Of a DNA stretch of 64,000 nucleotides, positions 1-13,689 are shown in pieces. How positions within the stretch are numbered: the first letter of the stretch is position 1; each line of letters begins with the position of its first letter. Location: contig OZ024745.1 in NCBI GenBank assembly GCA_964016885.1, positions 103,788,001 through 103,852,000 of the forward strand, written 5' to 3'. Source of the stretch: Eledone cirrhosa. Its lineage: Eukaryota. The translations under genes and the position numbers were made by a program. The notes below the pieces were generated by a model that worked only from the letters and a program-made list of their open reading frames with translations, did not search any database and had not been told where the DNA came from.

Positions 1-276
1 CACTGAGATGTCAAACCAGACAATGGATTAAGCCTACCACCAAGAACTGACACAGCTTATCTGTCTGGTACTGTTTTCACTGACCCACTTTAACTCTTTC
101 ATAAAGTATTAATTGTCTTGGCTACAGACAAATGAGGTGCAATCTCCAATAATGCTCTGTTAACATTTGAACTAGTCAACAGTAAATAACTCAACCAACT
201 GTGACCATCACATATAAAATATAACATCTGATGAATGCTGTTTATCTACCCTTTTCATGCTTCTTCTTGTTGCTAC

Positions 277-322
<46 letters not shown>

Positions 323-699
323 AGCCCAAGTTGTACATGATCAAACAGGAACATGTTCAAAAACAGTTAAGCCATGACAAGTTTTTTTGTTTTTTATCAG
401 GAAAAATATATTTGTGACTATATCATCACCATTTTATATATATTTTCCACACTTGCATGGTTTAAACAAGTTATTACATTGTGGTTAGACTGGCATGTCA
501 GACAACTGTCTCTTGCTCATATGTTAAATTTTGGTATGGTTTCTATGGCTGGGTGCCCTTACTTTCTCTCCCTCTCTCTCTCTCACTTGGGAAATTCTTC
601 AGGCATACTATAATTGAGAGGTGTTGGAAACAGAATACAGCTTTGCTAGTGAATTTCACTAGATTGAATGTTGACAGGTTCAAATTCCTTGCTGTAAAA

Positions 700-960
700 G
701 TGAACTTTTGCTCATATAGAAATGTAGCATGCTTTTATTAGGTTTAGCAGCTTCACAGGCATCCCTACCCCCTCCTTGCAACCATAATGTCCCAGCGTGT
801 ACTGTAGTTGACAGAATCAAAAGATGCTGCAAAGTTGACAAAAAGAAGTGATGGTTTTCTGCTGGTAGCTCCAGGGATATTCCAGAACCCGTCTTAAAGG
901 GGAGATTTGACCTGTGCTGCCTTAGTCCTGATGAAAACCCTGCAGATTTTGTCAGGTGTA
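700..960 (-). pseudogene. Decayed RTE-type LINE reverse transcriptase fragment
   Basis: Switching frames on the minus strand gives AGF..G.GSTGQISPLRRVLEYPWSYQQKTITSF.VNFAASFDSVNYSTRWDIM...KLLNLIKACY, matching non-LTR RT domains 2-3 (QAGFR..DQIF.LR..LE..FVDF..AFDSV). It is frameshifted. Confidence 0.7.
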
Positions 961-1956
961 TTGTTAACATTCCTTTTGAAATTTTTTTTGTGGTAACCAG
1001 AGAAATCTTCATTGGTTTGAACTGTTGATAACTGTTAATGTTGTTTAATCCCAGATCAGCCTTAATTGAGAAGGTTTATGGGAAAAAGCATTCCAGCCAC
1101 CAACATATTCTCTGTTTATCCAGTATGTCCAATCTTTTCTAAAATGGTGGGTTGTAATGTTAGAGAAATCTCTTAGCTTGAACTGTTCATACTTGCTGCT
1201 GTGAATAACTCCAGATCAGATCAGATCTGATAAAAAATTAACCCAACCATGACCATCATGTCACTTAACTGATTCATACTTAGTGCAACAATAAATAGAC
1301 CTCTTTACAAGTCACTGAAATCTGATACTGACAGAACATAGATGTATTAATAAACCATATTTCTATAATATACATAATAAATCAACTTGCTTGCAGTTTA
1401 TAATGGAATTCTTACAGTATTTTATTAATGCTTCAAAATAAATGAAAAGTACTAAATAGATGTGTGTGTGTGTGTGTGTGTATTTGTTTATTAATATGTG
1501 AATATATATATATGTGTTTGTGTGCATATGTGAGTTTGTGAATGAATGTGAGTGCATGTTTCCATATGTATGTGTGTATATAAGTATGTGTACGTTCATG
1601 TATGTGTTCCTATATGTGTGAGTGCAAGCATATACGAGAATGTGTACATGTGAATAATCTATTACCTAACTAACATGTAACAAAAAAACTAATCTTCCTG
1701 TGACTGTTTCCTTAATTATTGATCTGCAGAAATAGAGAAGGCATGTTGTTGTTGTTGTTTAGACCCAGGTGAACCCTAATTGAACCAACTTATGACTAAA
1801 GACATTCCAGCTGTGACCATCCTCTCTCTGGGACGAAACTAGGACTACATTATCTAATTATGTGTGTTTACTTTTTACCGATGTCAAGTTGTGTGATTTG
1901 AGGAAAATTTAGCTGGTATTTCTATCTCTTTAGTTGGCTGAGTAGTAGGCAATATA

Positions 1957-2675
1957 TGATAAAGTATATTCTAGTCATATGATAAAGTATATTCTGGACA
2001 TACAATAAAGTATATTCTGGTCACACAATAAAGTATATTCTGGTCATACAATAAAGTATATTCTGGCCATACGATAAAGTATATTCTAGTCATATGATAA
2101 AGTATATTCTGGTCATACAATAAAGTATATTCTGGTCATATGGTAAAGTGTATTCTGGACATATAATTGTTTCTACTTTAGGCACAAGGCCAGCAATTAT
2201 CCAGTGCATTACTGGTACTTTATTTTATCGACCCCGTAAGGATGAAAGGCAAAGTCAACCTCGGCGGGATTTGAACTCAGATCATAAAGGGACGTAACTA
2301 TGCTGGAAAGCATGGCGCCAGACCCTCTAGCGATACTGCCAATCCACTATTCTGGTCATACAATAAAGTATATTCTGGTCACACAATAAAGTATATTCTG
2401 GTCACACAATAAAGTTTATTCTGGTCATACGATAAAGTATATTCTGGCCATACAATAAAGTATATTCTGGACATACAATAAAGTATATTCTGGCCATACG
2501 ATAAAGTATATTCTGGTCATACAATAAAGTATATTCTGGCCATACGATAAAGTATATTCTAGTCATATGATAAAGTATATTCTGGTCACACAATAAAGTA
2601 TATTCTGGCCATACAATAAAGTATATTCTGGCTATATAATAAAGTATATTCTGGCCATACTATAAAGTATATTCT
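1957..2675. repeat. 23-bp minisatellite (AAAGTATATTCTGGTCATACAAT)n interrupted by a SINE
   Basis: Period of 23 read directly (1961 to 1984 and onward); the array resumes after the SINE at about 2348. Confidence 0.95.
2162..2347 (-). mobile_element. tRNA-derived SINE, main family
   Basis: Reverse complement reads TGGATTGGCAGTATCG (A-box-like), GAGTTCAAATCCCG (B-box), GCCTTTCATCCTTACGGGGTCGATAAAATAAAGTACCAG core and GCCTTGTGCCTAAAGTAGAAACAATTA end. Confidence 0.9.
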
Positions 2676-3308
2676 AGAGTCTACTAATGTGAAACACAAA
2701 TGCAGGAGACCTCTCAATACATTGAAGAGAGTCATTGAGGAAGATACAGAATTATCCAGTGAAAAACTGAGTTAGTTAATGTTGGATTATGTTAAATGGA
2801 AAGGTTTTATCATGTCACCACAAAGAAGTGGTTACATTTAGTATTAGTAGTTAGTACAGTCTGTCCAGAATCAAAATGAAGAATTTTGCAGCTGATTTTA
2901 ACTCACAACCTATGCCCAGGTAATCCATTCAGTAGTTATTAATGGGTTGTCCATTCAGCCATCTCACGTTTATAAAAGATTTAAGAGATGCATATGGCAT
3001 TAGTTCATCTCTTCAATGACAAATATACATGTTCATGTTTTATGAATGGTTGTACATACCTCATACATAATGCTTTATCCAAGATAATATGATTATTGCA
3101 AATTTTTAAAAAGGAGCTTCAGCTTGCTAGAAATAACAAGCTATATATTCGGAGACTTTTTTTTAAAGATAAGATCACATTAGATGGTGTAGTCATGGCT
3201 GGATTTATCAGGGGCTGCAGATGTAAATGCCCTGGGAACCCCTCATCAAACAGAGATCCCCTCCCCTGAACAGATCCCCTTCTTTTTCTCTCTCTTCCTG
3301 CTTATGTG

Positions 3309-3364
<56 letters not shown>

Positions 3365-4629
3365 TACACATACATATACACACAAATACACATACACACA
3401 CACACACATATATATAGGTATGTCCATATGTATGTGTGTTGTTGTTGTTGTTGTTGTTCTATGTGGGGCCCACCAAACCTGAACTGCCCCAAGCCCCCTA
3501 AGGTGTAAATCTGGTCACGGGTGTAGAAGAAAGGTTATGCCTGGAATGTTTTTTAACATTTGTTTGCACAATCAGTTCTCTCTTTGATTTTTTAATCATT
3601 GGTTTGTACAATTAATTTTAACCTGGGTTTCAACAACAACCAACCAACCAACCATTAGTTTATACAATTAATTTTAATCTGAGTAAACAACCAACCAACT
3701 ATTGGTTTGTACAATCAGTTTTAATTTTGGTCTATATGACAAGAACACCACCACCAACAACAACAACTAACTAATCTTTAGTCTGGGTTTGAACATCAAC
3801 AACAACCAACCAAGCAACCAGTCAACCACATAGTTTCCAGATAAATACCAACAGCAAAAAAATATTATTATCCTACTGTAATTTAATCTGTCATTCAGTG
3901 GATTATAAACAAAATAATTTTGTCCTGACCTGAAATAAATCTGTCATCATCTTTAATCTTCAAAAGGATTAAGGTTAAAGAGAGTGTCAACTAAAAGCAG
4001 ATTAAAGCTGTTGTCATATTTAATGACAGAGATCAGAATAACATACAAATGTATGAATGTGAAATACTAGAATCAGGAGAAACTAGTACTGGTCTGCCTT
4101 AGCAAATAGCAAATATAAAAGAAAAAAACATTTCAAATAAAAAGAGAGAAGTCTAATACTTTGGGTAGAATCCTTTGTTGAAGGGATCAACACAAAATTT
4201 CTTCCACTTTGCAAACATTTTTATAAAAATGCATATGGTTAACCATATGGTTTTCCTTCTTGGTCATGACATTAAACAATGAGACAATATTAAGAACTGG
4301 ATATAAATATTGACTGGAGAAGATGTGTAAACAGTGAATATTAATAGAAGATGCAATGGATATTTAGAAGATTATGCTCCTTAGAGAGAAATAGCGAAGC
4401 TATAATGGAGTGACTCTTTGAACTGTTAACTATATTTGTCCTTTTTTGTTAGACACACTGTTTCCAACAGACTTTTATTATATTTATTCTTTCCTGTTAT
4501 TTTAGCTGCAGAAGAGACAGCATGCTTGACTTTTAAAAGCTTTCACAGATTGGAACCATGAATATGGTTGACCTCTCCAGTGGGATTCAAAAATTCATGT
4601 GCGTGTGTGTATGTGCATGCATATATATC

Positions 4630-4960
4630 TATCATCATCACCGTTTTACGTCCATTTTTCCACGCTAGGATGGGTTAGATGTGTTGTCCTGTTATGGGCA
4701 ATACCAGGTCAGGCGACCATGTCTTGCTCATACAGAACTGATTTTGGCTTGATTACTACAGTGAGTACTGGGTGCTTTTTATTGTGGCACTTACACGACC
4801 ACTTTACAGTGTGGACAGGGTGCTTTTTATTGTGACACCTACATGACCACTTTACAGTGTGGACAGGGTGCTTTTTATTGTGACACCTACATGACCACTT
4901 TACAGTATGGACAGGGTGCTTTTTTATTGTGACACCTACATGACTACTTTACAGTATGAG
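4630..4960 (-). mobile_element. Short retroelement with an RTE-type 3' tail (GAT)n and internal 48-bp tandem repeats
   Basis: Ends on the minus strand in ...AACCCATCCTAGCGTGGAAAAATGGACGTAAAACGGTGATGATGAT, the same tail as the RTE 3' end at 26276-26730. Similar tails occur near 430-560, 5385-5440, 17810-17860, 19800-19910, 20140-20185 and 25528-25590. Confidence 0.7.
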
Positions 4961-5624
4961 AACCCTTCAATTATGTCAAAGACACGACAACCTCACCAGT
5001 GCTGTTGTCATGACAAAATGCACTTGTTAATGTACAAGATCGTATGTAAGCAAGGTGCAGGCCCCCAGTCCATCTGAGAAGTCAGTAGCCCCACTTGAGT
5101 ATTGACTCAGTCACTGAAGCCCTGTCCTACCCTTGCAAGTACAGAGAGCAGATGTTAAATTTAGTTTTAGGTGCTCATGCAGTCACAAGCAAACACAGAT
5201 ACCTTGATATGTTCACCTTTGAAACCAGCAATACAACGAAACATAATGGATTTGAGAATTTATTAAATACCAATGGACATGTTTTGGGGAAGTCAGTTAA
5301 TGGTGAAACTATTGAAAGGAAGTGGTTATGTTAGTCAAGGATTACAGGAAGAATTTATTATTTTGAATGTAAATTGATTAATATATGCTAGTGTGGAAAA
5401 AATGGTCATTAAACGGTGATGATAATGATGATGATGATCTCAATTTGTTCTGCTTAGTCATGGTTTTAATGAGTGGGTGCATGTTACTGATTAATAGAAC
5501 AAGAAAAATCCAAAGGCCATACATGTATATGCTATAATTCTGCTCAGTGAGTTAATATTCATGGACATGTTGATATGACTGTGCATAAGGAAATTGATAA
5601 ACTAATTATGTATTGAGAAAATGT

Positions 5625-6250
5625 GTTACATAAACTTGTTAGCTTGATAAGTGTATTTTAAGAACATGTTTTGACTTTCAGAGGTGGTAACTATATAGTT
5701 GGTTTGATACATAAACTTAGCTTGATCAGTGTATTTTAAGAACATGTTTTGACTTTCAGAGGTGGTAACTATATAGTTGGTTTGATACATAAACTTAGCT
5801 TGATCAGTGTATTTTAAGAACATGTTTTGACTTTCAGAGGTGGTAACTATATAGTTGGTTTGATACATAAACTTAGCTTGATCGGTGTATTTTAAGATCA
5901 TGGTTTGACTTTCAGAGGTGGTAACTATATAGTTGGTTTGATACATAAACTTAGCTTGATCGGTGTATTTTAAGATCATGGTTTGACTTTCAGAGGTGGT
6001 AACTATATAGTTGGTTTGATACATAAACTTAGCTTGATCGGTGTATTTTAAGATCATGGTTTGACTTTCAGAGGTGGTAACTATATAGTTGGTTTGATAC
6101 ATAAACTTAGCTTGATCGGTGTATTTTAAGATCATGGTTTGACTTTCAGGAGTGATAACTACATAGTTGGTTTGATACATAAACTTATTAACTTGATCTG
6201 TGTATTTTAAAAACCTGGTTTGGTTTTCAGAGGTGATTACATAGTTGGTT
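5625..6250. repeat. 78-bp minisatellite, about 8 copies
   Basis: Period of 78 (5711 to 5789 and onward); corresponds to the 26-aa repeat in ORF 5626..6324. Confidence 0.95.
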
Positions 6251-6338
6251 TGTTTCAAAATGGCAACTACCTTATACTGTTCTTCCAGAAGAGTTGAAAC
6301 AGGTACAAGATTGGAAGTATACATCTTTTACAAATTAA

Positions 6339-7450
6339 TTATACTTCCCTACCACTTCCACCACCACCTGCACCAGCAACATCACCACCATCACCACTTG
6401 CATCAGATCTACCACTACCACCTGCACCACCACCACCACCTGCACTAGCACCAACACCACCACCAGCCCTACCACTACTACTACTACCATCTGCACCAGC
6501 ACCCTCACCACCACCAACACTACCACCACTACCAGCCCTGCCACTACTACTACCATCTGCACCAGCACCCTCACCACCACCAACACTACCACCACTACTA
6601 CTACCATCTGCACCAGCACCCTCACCACCACCAACACTACCACCACTACCAGCCCTACCACTACTACTACCATCTGCACCAGCACCCTCACCACCACCAA
6701 CACTACCACCACTACTACTACCATCTGCACCAGCACCCTCACCACCACCAACACTACCACCACTACCAGCCCTACCACTACTACTACCATCTGCACCAGC
6801 ACCCTCACCACCACCAACACTACCACCACCACCACCAGCCCTACCACCACTACTACTACCATCTGCACCAGCACCCTCACCACCACCAACACTACCACCA
6901 CCACCAGCCCTACCACCACTACTACTACCATCTGCACCAGCACCCTCACCACCACCAACACTACCACCACTACTACTACCATCTGCACCAGCACCCTCAC
7001 CACCACCAACACTACCACCACTACCAGCCCTGCCACTACTACTACCATCTGCACCAGCACCCTCACCACCACCAACACTACCACCACCACCAACACTACC
7101 ACCACTACTACTACCATCTGCACCAGCACCCTCACCACCACCAACACTACCACCACCACCAACACTACCACCACTACTACTACCATCTGCACCAGCACCC
7201 TCACCACCACCAACACTACCACCACTACTACTACCATCTGCACCAGCACCCTCACCACCACCAACACTACCACCACTACTACTACCATCTGCACCAGCAC
7301 CCTCACCACCACCAACACTACCACCACCACCAGCCCTACCACTACTACTACCATCTGCACCAGCACCCTCACCACCACCAACACTACCACCACTACTACT
7401 ACCATCTGCACCAGCACCTGCACATTCGTCTGAACAGGACTTATCTGGAG
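6339..7450 (-). CDS. Putative terminal exon encoding a ~370-aa Gly/Ser-rich low-complexity region
   Basis: Acceptor TGTTGTTTAG at 7451-7460 (minus), phase 1. Open frame PDKSCSDECAGAG(ADGSSSGGSVGGGEGAG)n...GRSDASGDGGDVAGAGGGGSGREV ends in TAA at 6339-6341 (1110 nt = 370 codons). Repeat-unit indels are multiples of 3. No Met, so absent from the ORF track. Confidence 0.5.
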
Positions 7451-7769
7451 CTAAACAACATAATCATTGTTATTATTATCAATATTTTGGCCACTTAAGA
7501 TAGTATATCATGATGATAACACTTTTTCTAAAGTAGCTGAACAACCATTGATAAGGAAATAACTCTTCTCCTCCTCCTTCTCCTCCTTCAGGTCCTGTTA
7601 TGAGCAACTGTCCCCAACTGATCCTGCTGGATCTCCAAGTGTGGTTATATACAAGGGAAACATTCCTCTTATTATGCACATTATCATTGCATATCCAGAT
7701 CACCAGCAAACAGAGTTTTCCATGGGCAACCTGTCTTGAGCTCCTCTGTTATGGCCCGGAGAACTATAA

Positions 7770-8960
7770 TAAACAGACGTGGGCTCTCACACTTGTACAC
7801 CCGATGGTCTCTCACCTGTATGTTCAATTATTCCCTAAACTCACTTCTTACTCTCACTTTACTGACGTCTTCTCACAAGCTATTCTTCTACATCTAACTT
7901 CCTTAAGGACCCAAATGACGGATCATGGTACTAAACCTCTCTTGTGGTTGTTTCACTAGTACTTTTCCTAGGCATATAACTGAACTGCATCTATTTAAGT
8001 TGACTCTTTCCCTAATTAGCTGTGCTAGAACTCTTTATGTCATTTTCATAAATTGATCCATTAGTTTTATTCCCCTATAGTTGAACCTTTCTAGAGAATA
8101 ACCTTTTCATTTGTAGTAATTAATGATTATGTTGCTGCACCAGTTATTGGGTATGACCCCACCCTGTATTACCTGACTGATTGTGCAGATGACCAGTTCA
8201 ATTCTTACTTCCCCAGATCTTTTATCATCTCAGTGACTATCTCTGCTGATACAATAGCTTTACAATTTTTTATCTCCTTGATTCCTTCTTTGCCCTTATA
8301 ACTGTCAATTTCAAAGCTAGTCTCTCTGTTGGCTCTAATGGTTTTATCCATAGTACTGTTCCATCACCTGGTCACCATCTGTCTGGCTGGTGCTTTGCTC
8401 CAGCCACAAGTCTCATCAGTAGCTTGTCGGAACATCCAATTGTCCTCTATTTCATATGTATTTAACTCATCCTCCCTCTCATCATATCCAAGCTTTCCTG
8501 AACCTATATTTAAGTCCTTTAGCTTCCAAATTCTCCTCCTCCAGATTTTCTCACATTTCTTGTTCTGTCTTGTGCTTGCTCTGTTGTCACTAATAACTAA
8601 CTTGTGTTGAGCAGCACATTCTTCTCCAGAGAAAGACTTAACTATATCTATCTGTCTATCTCATTTTATGACAAGTAACAAGTCAATCTGGCTTATGTGT
8701 TTGCATGAATGGTAGGTGATCAGGTGGCTGACTGGTTTCCTGAACTGAATGTTGTAAATGATTAGTTCATTTGCCTCATAGAATATTCAAGAGCCTCGTA
8801 CTCTTTTCATTTCTTGAACCATAGGTAAAGCCATCTTTGTGCTATCCAATATGCCCCTTGAAGTCAGCAGCTGGGTTGCTAAAGTTTCTGTCATCTGTAA
8901 CTATAGTTGGCTGTAATTCTTCATAGAAACAGTCCTTTGGAGCATAGCTAGAGATACCTG
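7770..8960 (-). pseudogene. Old decayed RTE LINE fragment (endonuclease C-terminus to RT N-terminus)
   Basis: Minus-strand remnants AADFKGHIG, YGSRNE, FRKPVSHLITYH..HISQID, KSFSGEECAAQHKLVISD and RRRIWKL parallel the plus-strand copy at 9491. Confidence 0.75.
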
Positions 8961-9147
8961 TTGTCATTCTATTTCGTATGTCTACTCCACTTGTCAGGTA
9001 GTAAAATACCTACTCCACTTACCTTTTCATTATTTCCTACCCAGAAAAGTTTATATCTACATTGTTTGCCTGTAAGTAGTCTTGTTGACACACTCCCTCC
9101 ATCTTACCTACTGAACACAGTATACATCCACTCATCTCCTCTCCACA

Positions 9148-9223
<76 letters not shown>

Positions 9224-9310
9224 AAAAGTAATAACAAATATAACAAAACAAATGGCACAGTGTATGGAAAAAAATATATTAGTTTAACATTTGAAATAGC
9301 AGGAAGAGAG

Positions 9311-9346
9311 TTTTAACATTTCGGACACTAGTCCTTCATCAGAAAA
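9311..9346 (-). ncRNA. Minimal type I hammerhead motif (family D) in a Penelope-like repeat
   Basis: TTTT-CTGATGA-A-GGAC(TAGT)GTCC-GAAA-TG-TT-AAAA. Related copy at 57469-57504; host repeat at about 9220-9440 and 57377-57560. Confidence 0.6.
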
Positions 9347-9490
9347 TAGAGTTAGAAATAGAAGATAAATAGAAAGTAAAGAGTGATGACAGGAAGAAAC
9401 GGGGAAAATAATAAAAAAATGGGGGAGTAAAAATCACACATGTGTATTCAGTTAGCCATCTTGTATATATATATACATATATATATATTA

Positions 9491-11670
9491 AACCCGACAA
9501 CCATCTGATCACCTATAGATCAGGGGAGCATTCTAGTCAGATAGATTTTATCCTCATTAGAGGACGTGACAGATGGACGGTCGTAAACACAAAAACCTTC
9601 CCTAGTGAGGAATGTACCTCCCAACATAACTTAGTTGTCAGCGATCTCATGGTCAGAACTAGACGAACCTGGAAACAGAAGCCAGCCTGGAGAAGAAAGA
9701 TCTGGAAGCTGAAAGACCCCTCAGCCAGTAACAGATTTAAAGATATTTTACTCGACGCCTATGACAGTAAAGGAGAACAGCTAGAGACATTAGTGTAGAA
9801 GAACACTGGTTGTTCCTAAAAAATAACTTACTAAAGGTGATGGATGAGATCTGTGGCTGGAATAAGACCATGTGCCAGAGGAGAGTGACTTGGTGGTGGA
9901 ACAATAAGGTAGATGAGGCATTTAAGGCCAAGAGACAGGCATGGAAAGAATGGAAGAATGGAGGAAGCAGAGTACATTACATAGAGACCAGAAGGAAAGC
10001 TAGGCGACAAGTACACTTAGCTAGGAGGGAAGCGGAGGATAGAAAATTCAAGCATGTTTTGCCACATGAGGACCAGAAACAGGAGGTATTCAAGATTGCG
10101 AGGCAGTGTGTCAGAGAGAATTCTGATGACATTGGAGAGAAGTGTATTCGGAATGATAAAGGTGAGCTTGCCCTCACAAGTGCTGAGAAGAAAGATGCAT
10201 GGAAGAGCCATTATGATAGATTACTAAATGAGGAGAATGCATGGGAAGAAGATACCCTACCCCAAGTAAACCCTATAGAGGGGCCAACAGTACAAGTCAG
10301 CAGCAGCGTAGTAAGTAAGGCAATCAAAGATATGAAGACAGGGAAGGCAACCGGTCCATCGGGTATAGCTGCCGAGATGCTGAAGGCATCTAGGTCGGTA
10401 GGTCACACTATAACCACACGTATTGTTAACCAGGTAATACTAGAAGGTGTCATAGCAAAGGATTGGTGCAGCAGTATCATTGTCAACTGCTACAAGGGTA
10501 AAGGTGATGCACTAGATAGAGGAAACTATAGAGGTATAAAGCTGATGAACCAGGTCATGAAAGTAACAGAAAGAGTTATAGCACAGTTGATAAGGGACCG
10601 GGTGAAACTAGATGAGATGTAATTTGGGTTTGTGCCAGGAAGAGGCACCACTGATGCCCTCTTCCTTGTGAGGCAGTTATAGGAAAAGTACCTAGCTAAA
10701 AGTCAGCCGCTCTACCTGGCATTCATCGATCTCGAGAAAGCCTTTGACAGAGTTGCACATGCTATAATCTGGTGGAGTTTTAGAAAACTAGGAGTAGATG
10801 AATAGCTTGTGAAAGCTGTACAAGCCATGTATAAGGGAGGAGTCACCAAAGTTAGGATTAGCAATGACTATAGCGGGGCATTTAGCATTCAGGTCAGTGT
10901 CCACCAGGGCTCTGTTCTTAGCCCTCTCCTGTTCATCATAGTTTTGCATGCAATAACGAAGAAGTTTAAGACCGGATGCCCATGGGAACTCCTGTATGCA
11001 GATGACCTCACACTTATAGCTGAATCTATGGTAGAACTAGAGAAGAAATTCCAAACTTGGAAGCAGGGACTAGAAAGAAAGGGTCTCGAAGTCAACCTGA
11101 CAAAGGTCCTTCTAAGTAGACGAGAAAACAGAACCCAGATCCCCTCAGGGAAATGGCCTTGCTCAGTACATAGGAAAGGTGTAGGTAGGAACTCCATTCT
11201 CTCCCCCAAATGCAAACAATGGGTACACAAGCGATGTAGTGGGATCTCAGGAAGCTTAACTAAGAATGTAGGCTTCACATGTAGCAGCTGTGCTGAGACA
11301 GCAAGCAGCAAAGAGCCACAGGGAACAAGTACCACCAAACTCGGGGAGGGGGGGGGGGGGGGGGGGGGCTCTGTAGAAACAGTAGACAGCTTCTGCTACC
11401 TAGGTGACCGAATTAGCAGCGGAGGTGGGTGTTCGGAAAGTACATTAACTAGGGTAAGAACAGGATGGAAGAAGTTCAGGGAGCTACTGCCACTGCTAGT
11501 TGCAAAAGGCATTTCCCTCAAAATGAAAGGCAGACTGTATAATGTGTGTATCCGAACAGCAATGTTACATGGTAGTGAAACCTGGGCGCTGAAGGTGGAA
11601 GACTTACGTAGATTAGAAAGAAACGAAGCCTGCATGCTCCGATGGATGTGTAACAGTAATATACGCGAAC
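9491..11670 (+). mobile_element. RTE-clade LINE ORF2 fragment (APE endonuclease end plus RT), truncated at both ends
   Basis: SQIDFIL..EECTSQHNLVV, KATGPSG, YKGKGDALDRGNYRGI, FIDLEKAFD, HQGSVLSPLLF, YADD, FCYLG, MLHGSETW. Several in-frame stops and frameshifts. Confidence 0.95.
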
Positions 11671-11689
11671 GTGTACTTGTCGCCTAGCT

Positions 11690-12830
11690 TTCCTAGCTTT
11701 GCAGCATTAGAAAGTAATCATGGGGTCAGGGTAGGAAATATGAGCGTTAATTGTATTGTGTATGCAAATGATATTGTATTGGTTTGCTACAGTGAAAAAA
11801 CCCTGGAAACAATTCTTAAGGGGCTAGTATGGATTGCACATGAATGTAACATAACATAATGTTAACATAAAGAATGGTGTGCTCATGCATGGAGATACTA
11901 TAAAACTGCTTCTAAAATAGGGTGAAGATCCTTAACCCTTTAGCATTTACATTACTCTATATATACTATTGTATTTTGTGGTAAAGGCTTTATCTCACAT
12001 AATATCGAATCTACGAGATTTTGACGTTATTTATTTTGAGAACAGCACCTTAACATAAGTATGAGCAGCTGGTTACAACCGGTTTGAGCAGAAAGAGGTG
12101 AGAGAATTCTGGCCGGATATGGCTGGTTTAAATGCTAAAGGGTCAAAGACAGAAAACGAAGCTTTTATATTAACTTCATTCCCTCAGCACTTCATAAAAG
12201 TCCAAGACATCAGCTACATATACCTATAATATAACAGTATTTTTCTCTAAAACAAAATAAATGGTTGTATATAAAACCAGTGGTACTATGGTGCAGTTGA
12301 TCATTGAAGGTTAAGCAATGGAATGTGAACAGAAATTTAGATATCTAGGAGTTATGATACATGCTGTTAGTCATAATATTTGGGAAATCTGATGCTGACT
12401 GAATAGAGCAAAGTAATCATTCATGCCAAATGCTCACCACATGTGGAAAAACTTCAATATTTTTATGAAAGTTAGGGTACTCAGAGTGTATGTGTGATTG
12501 GTATTCCGATATGGTTGTGAGGTATGACCAATGATTAGAGGTATTATGAGAAAGATAGAAGTTTTTTTTTTAATGTAGGGCTAGCATTAGATATTGAAAA
12601 TTCCTTTGATTGAGAAAGCGAGTAACTCTTAACTACTGAACAAGATGTGACTAGATGATTCAATACTGCTACAAGACATTAGGAAAGGACAATTGCAATA
12701 TCTTGGACATATATTATATGGTCTTCCTGGAATGGATTTGATGTGATTTGTCACTACTGTAGTGACTGACAAGATCAGTGGACCATGTTGCAAATGAATT
12801 GTTTTGTTTCATTGCATAAAATGGTCAGCA
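11690..12830 (+). pseudogene. Highly decayed LINE RT fragment of a different family, interrupted by a MITE
   Basis: VNCIVYANDIVLVCYSEKTLETIL is a YADD-like motif; downstream FRYLG-like remnant near 12340. Confidence 0.5.
11932..12146. mobile_element. piggyBac-type MITE
   Basis: TTAA-CCCTTTAGCATTTA ... TAAATGCTAAAGGG-TCAA terminal inverted repeats; second copy at 15899-16127. Confidence 0.85.
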
Positions 12831-13689
12831 ATACATTAATTGAACTGGAAGGTATGGTTAAGGATAGAAAAGGATAAAGAGGAATTGATCATCACATATT
12901 TGCTGACCATCATACAAGGTGAGGCATAATGTAATGTAATATATATATATATATAGAGAGAGAGAGAGGGGGGGTGAGATTGAGAGGGTGAGAGAGATAT
13001 TGAGAGAGAGAGGGTGAGAGACTCTACAGACATTGTTAAAGCAATATTATTCCAACCTTAAAACAATGGCTTCTATACTAGCGGGTGTGTGTGTATGTGG
13101 ATGTGGGTGTGTGTGTGTAGTGAATTTCATGAGTTTATATAGATTTGTTGTATACGCTGGGGAGAAGAGGAATTTTATGATTTGGAGATTGTCCTTTTGT
13201 CTGAGAGGGAAAAAATATTTTTCAACTGACTGATTTTTAAGGTAGTATTGAGCCTATATAGGTTGGGAGGGAGAGGAGATTACCATGTGAACAGGATGTG
13301 GATAATATATTTAGAAGGATAATAAATCGCTGAGTGAGGAAGAAGGAAAGAGAAAGAATTGTTATTGATTTGTCTGTGAATGAAAGTGCTTGTATCAGAA
13401 AATCTCATTAATCCAAGCAGGAAGTGAAAACAATCTTTTGTTCTATATATTGTTTTATTAGGAGGAGGCGGAGGAAAACTAAGGTGAGGTGAGGATAATC
13501 AGGGAGATGTGTTAGAGATAGGTGTTTATTGAGAGAAGGTTAGCAAGAAAAAATACAAATTCTTTTTAAAGAAAATGATAATAGAATCATTTATTGCGAC
13601 CTATAAGAGAAGCAGTGCTTAGTCTGAAGATAAGTGTCTTTTTCTTATGTTTTTATGTTTGCAAGAATGTGGTAGACTGTGGTGTTTGG

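Noticed and set aside
680-1012. 110-aa ORF as a host exon
   Set aside because: Better explained as a frameshifted RTE RT relic.
1957-2675. 23-bp repeats as a CRISPR array
   Set aside because: Units are contiguous with no spacers, and the context is eukaryotic.
1666-3930. Small minus-strand exon candidates at about 1666-1723 and 3877-3929
   Set aside because: Splice signals are plausible, but the phases do not join and there is no recognisable protein similarity.
5626-6324. 232-aa ORF of 26-aa repeats
   Set aside because: A 78-bp unit easily leaves one of six frames open. It is out of frame with the upstream putative exon and has no recognisable domain.
6335-7423. 362-aa Val-rich ORF
   Set aside because: It is an alternative frame of a GGT-based repeat; the Gly/Ser frame has the splice acceptor and non-repetitive ends.
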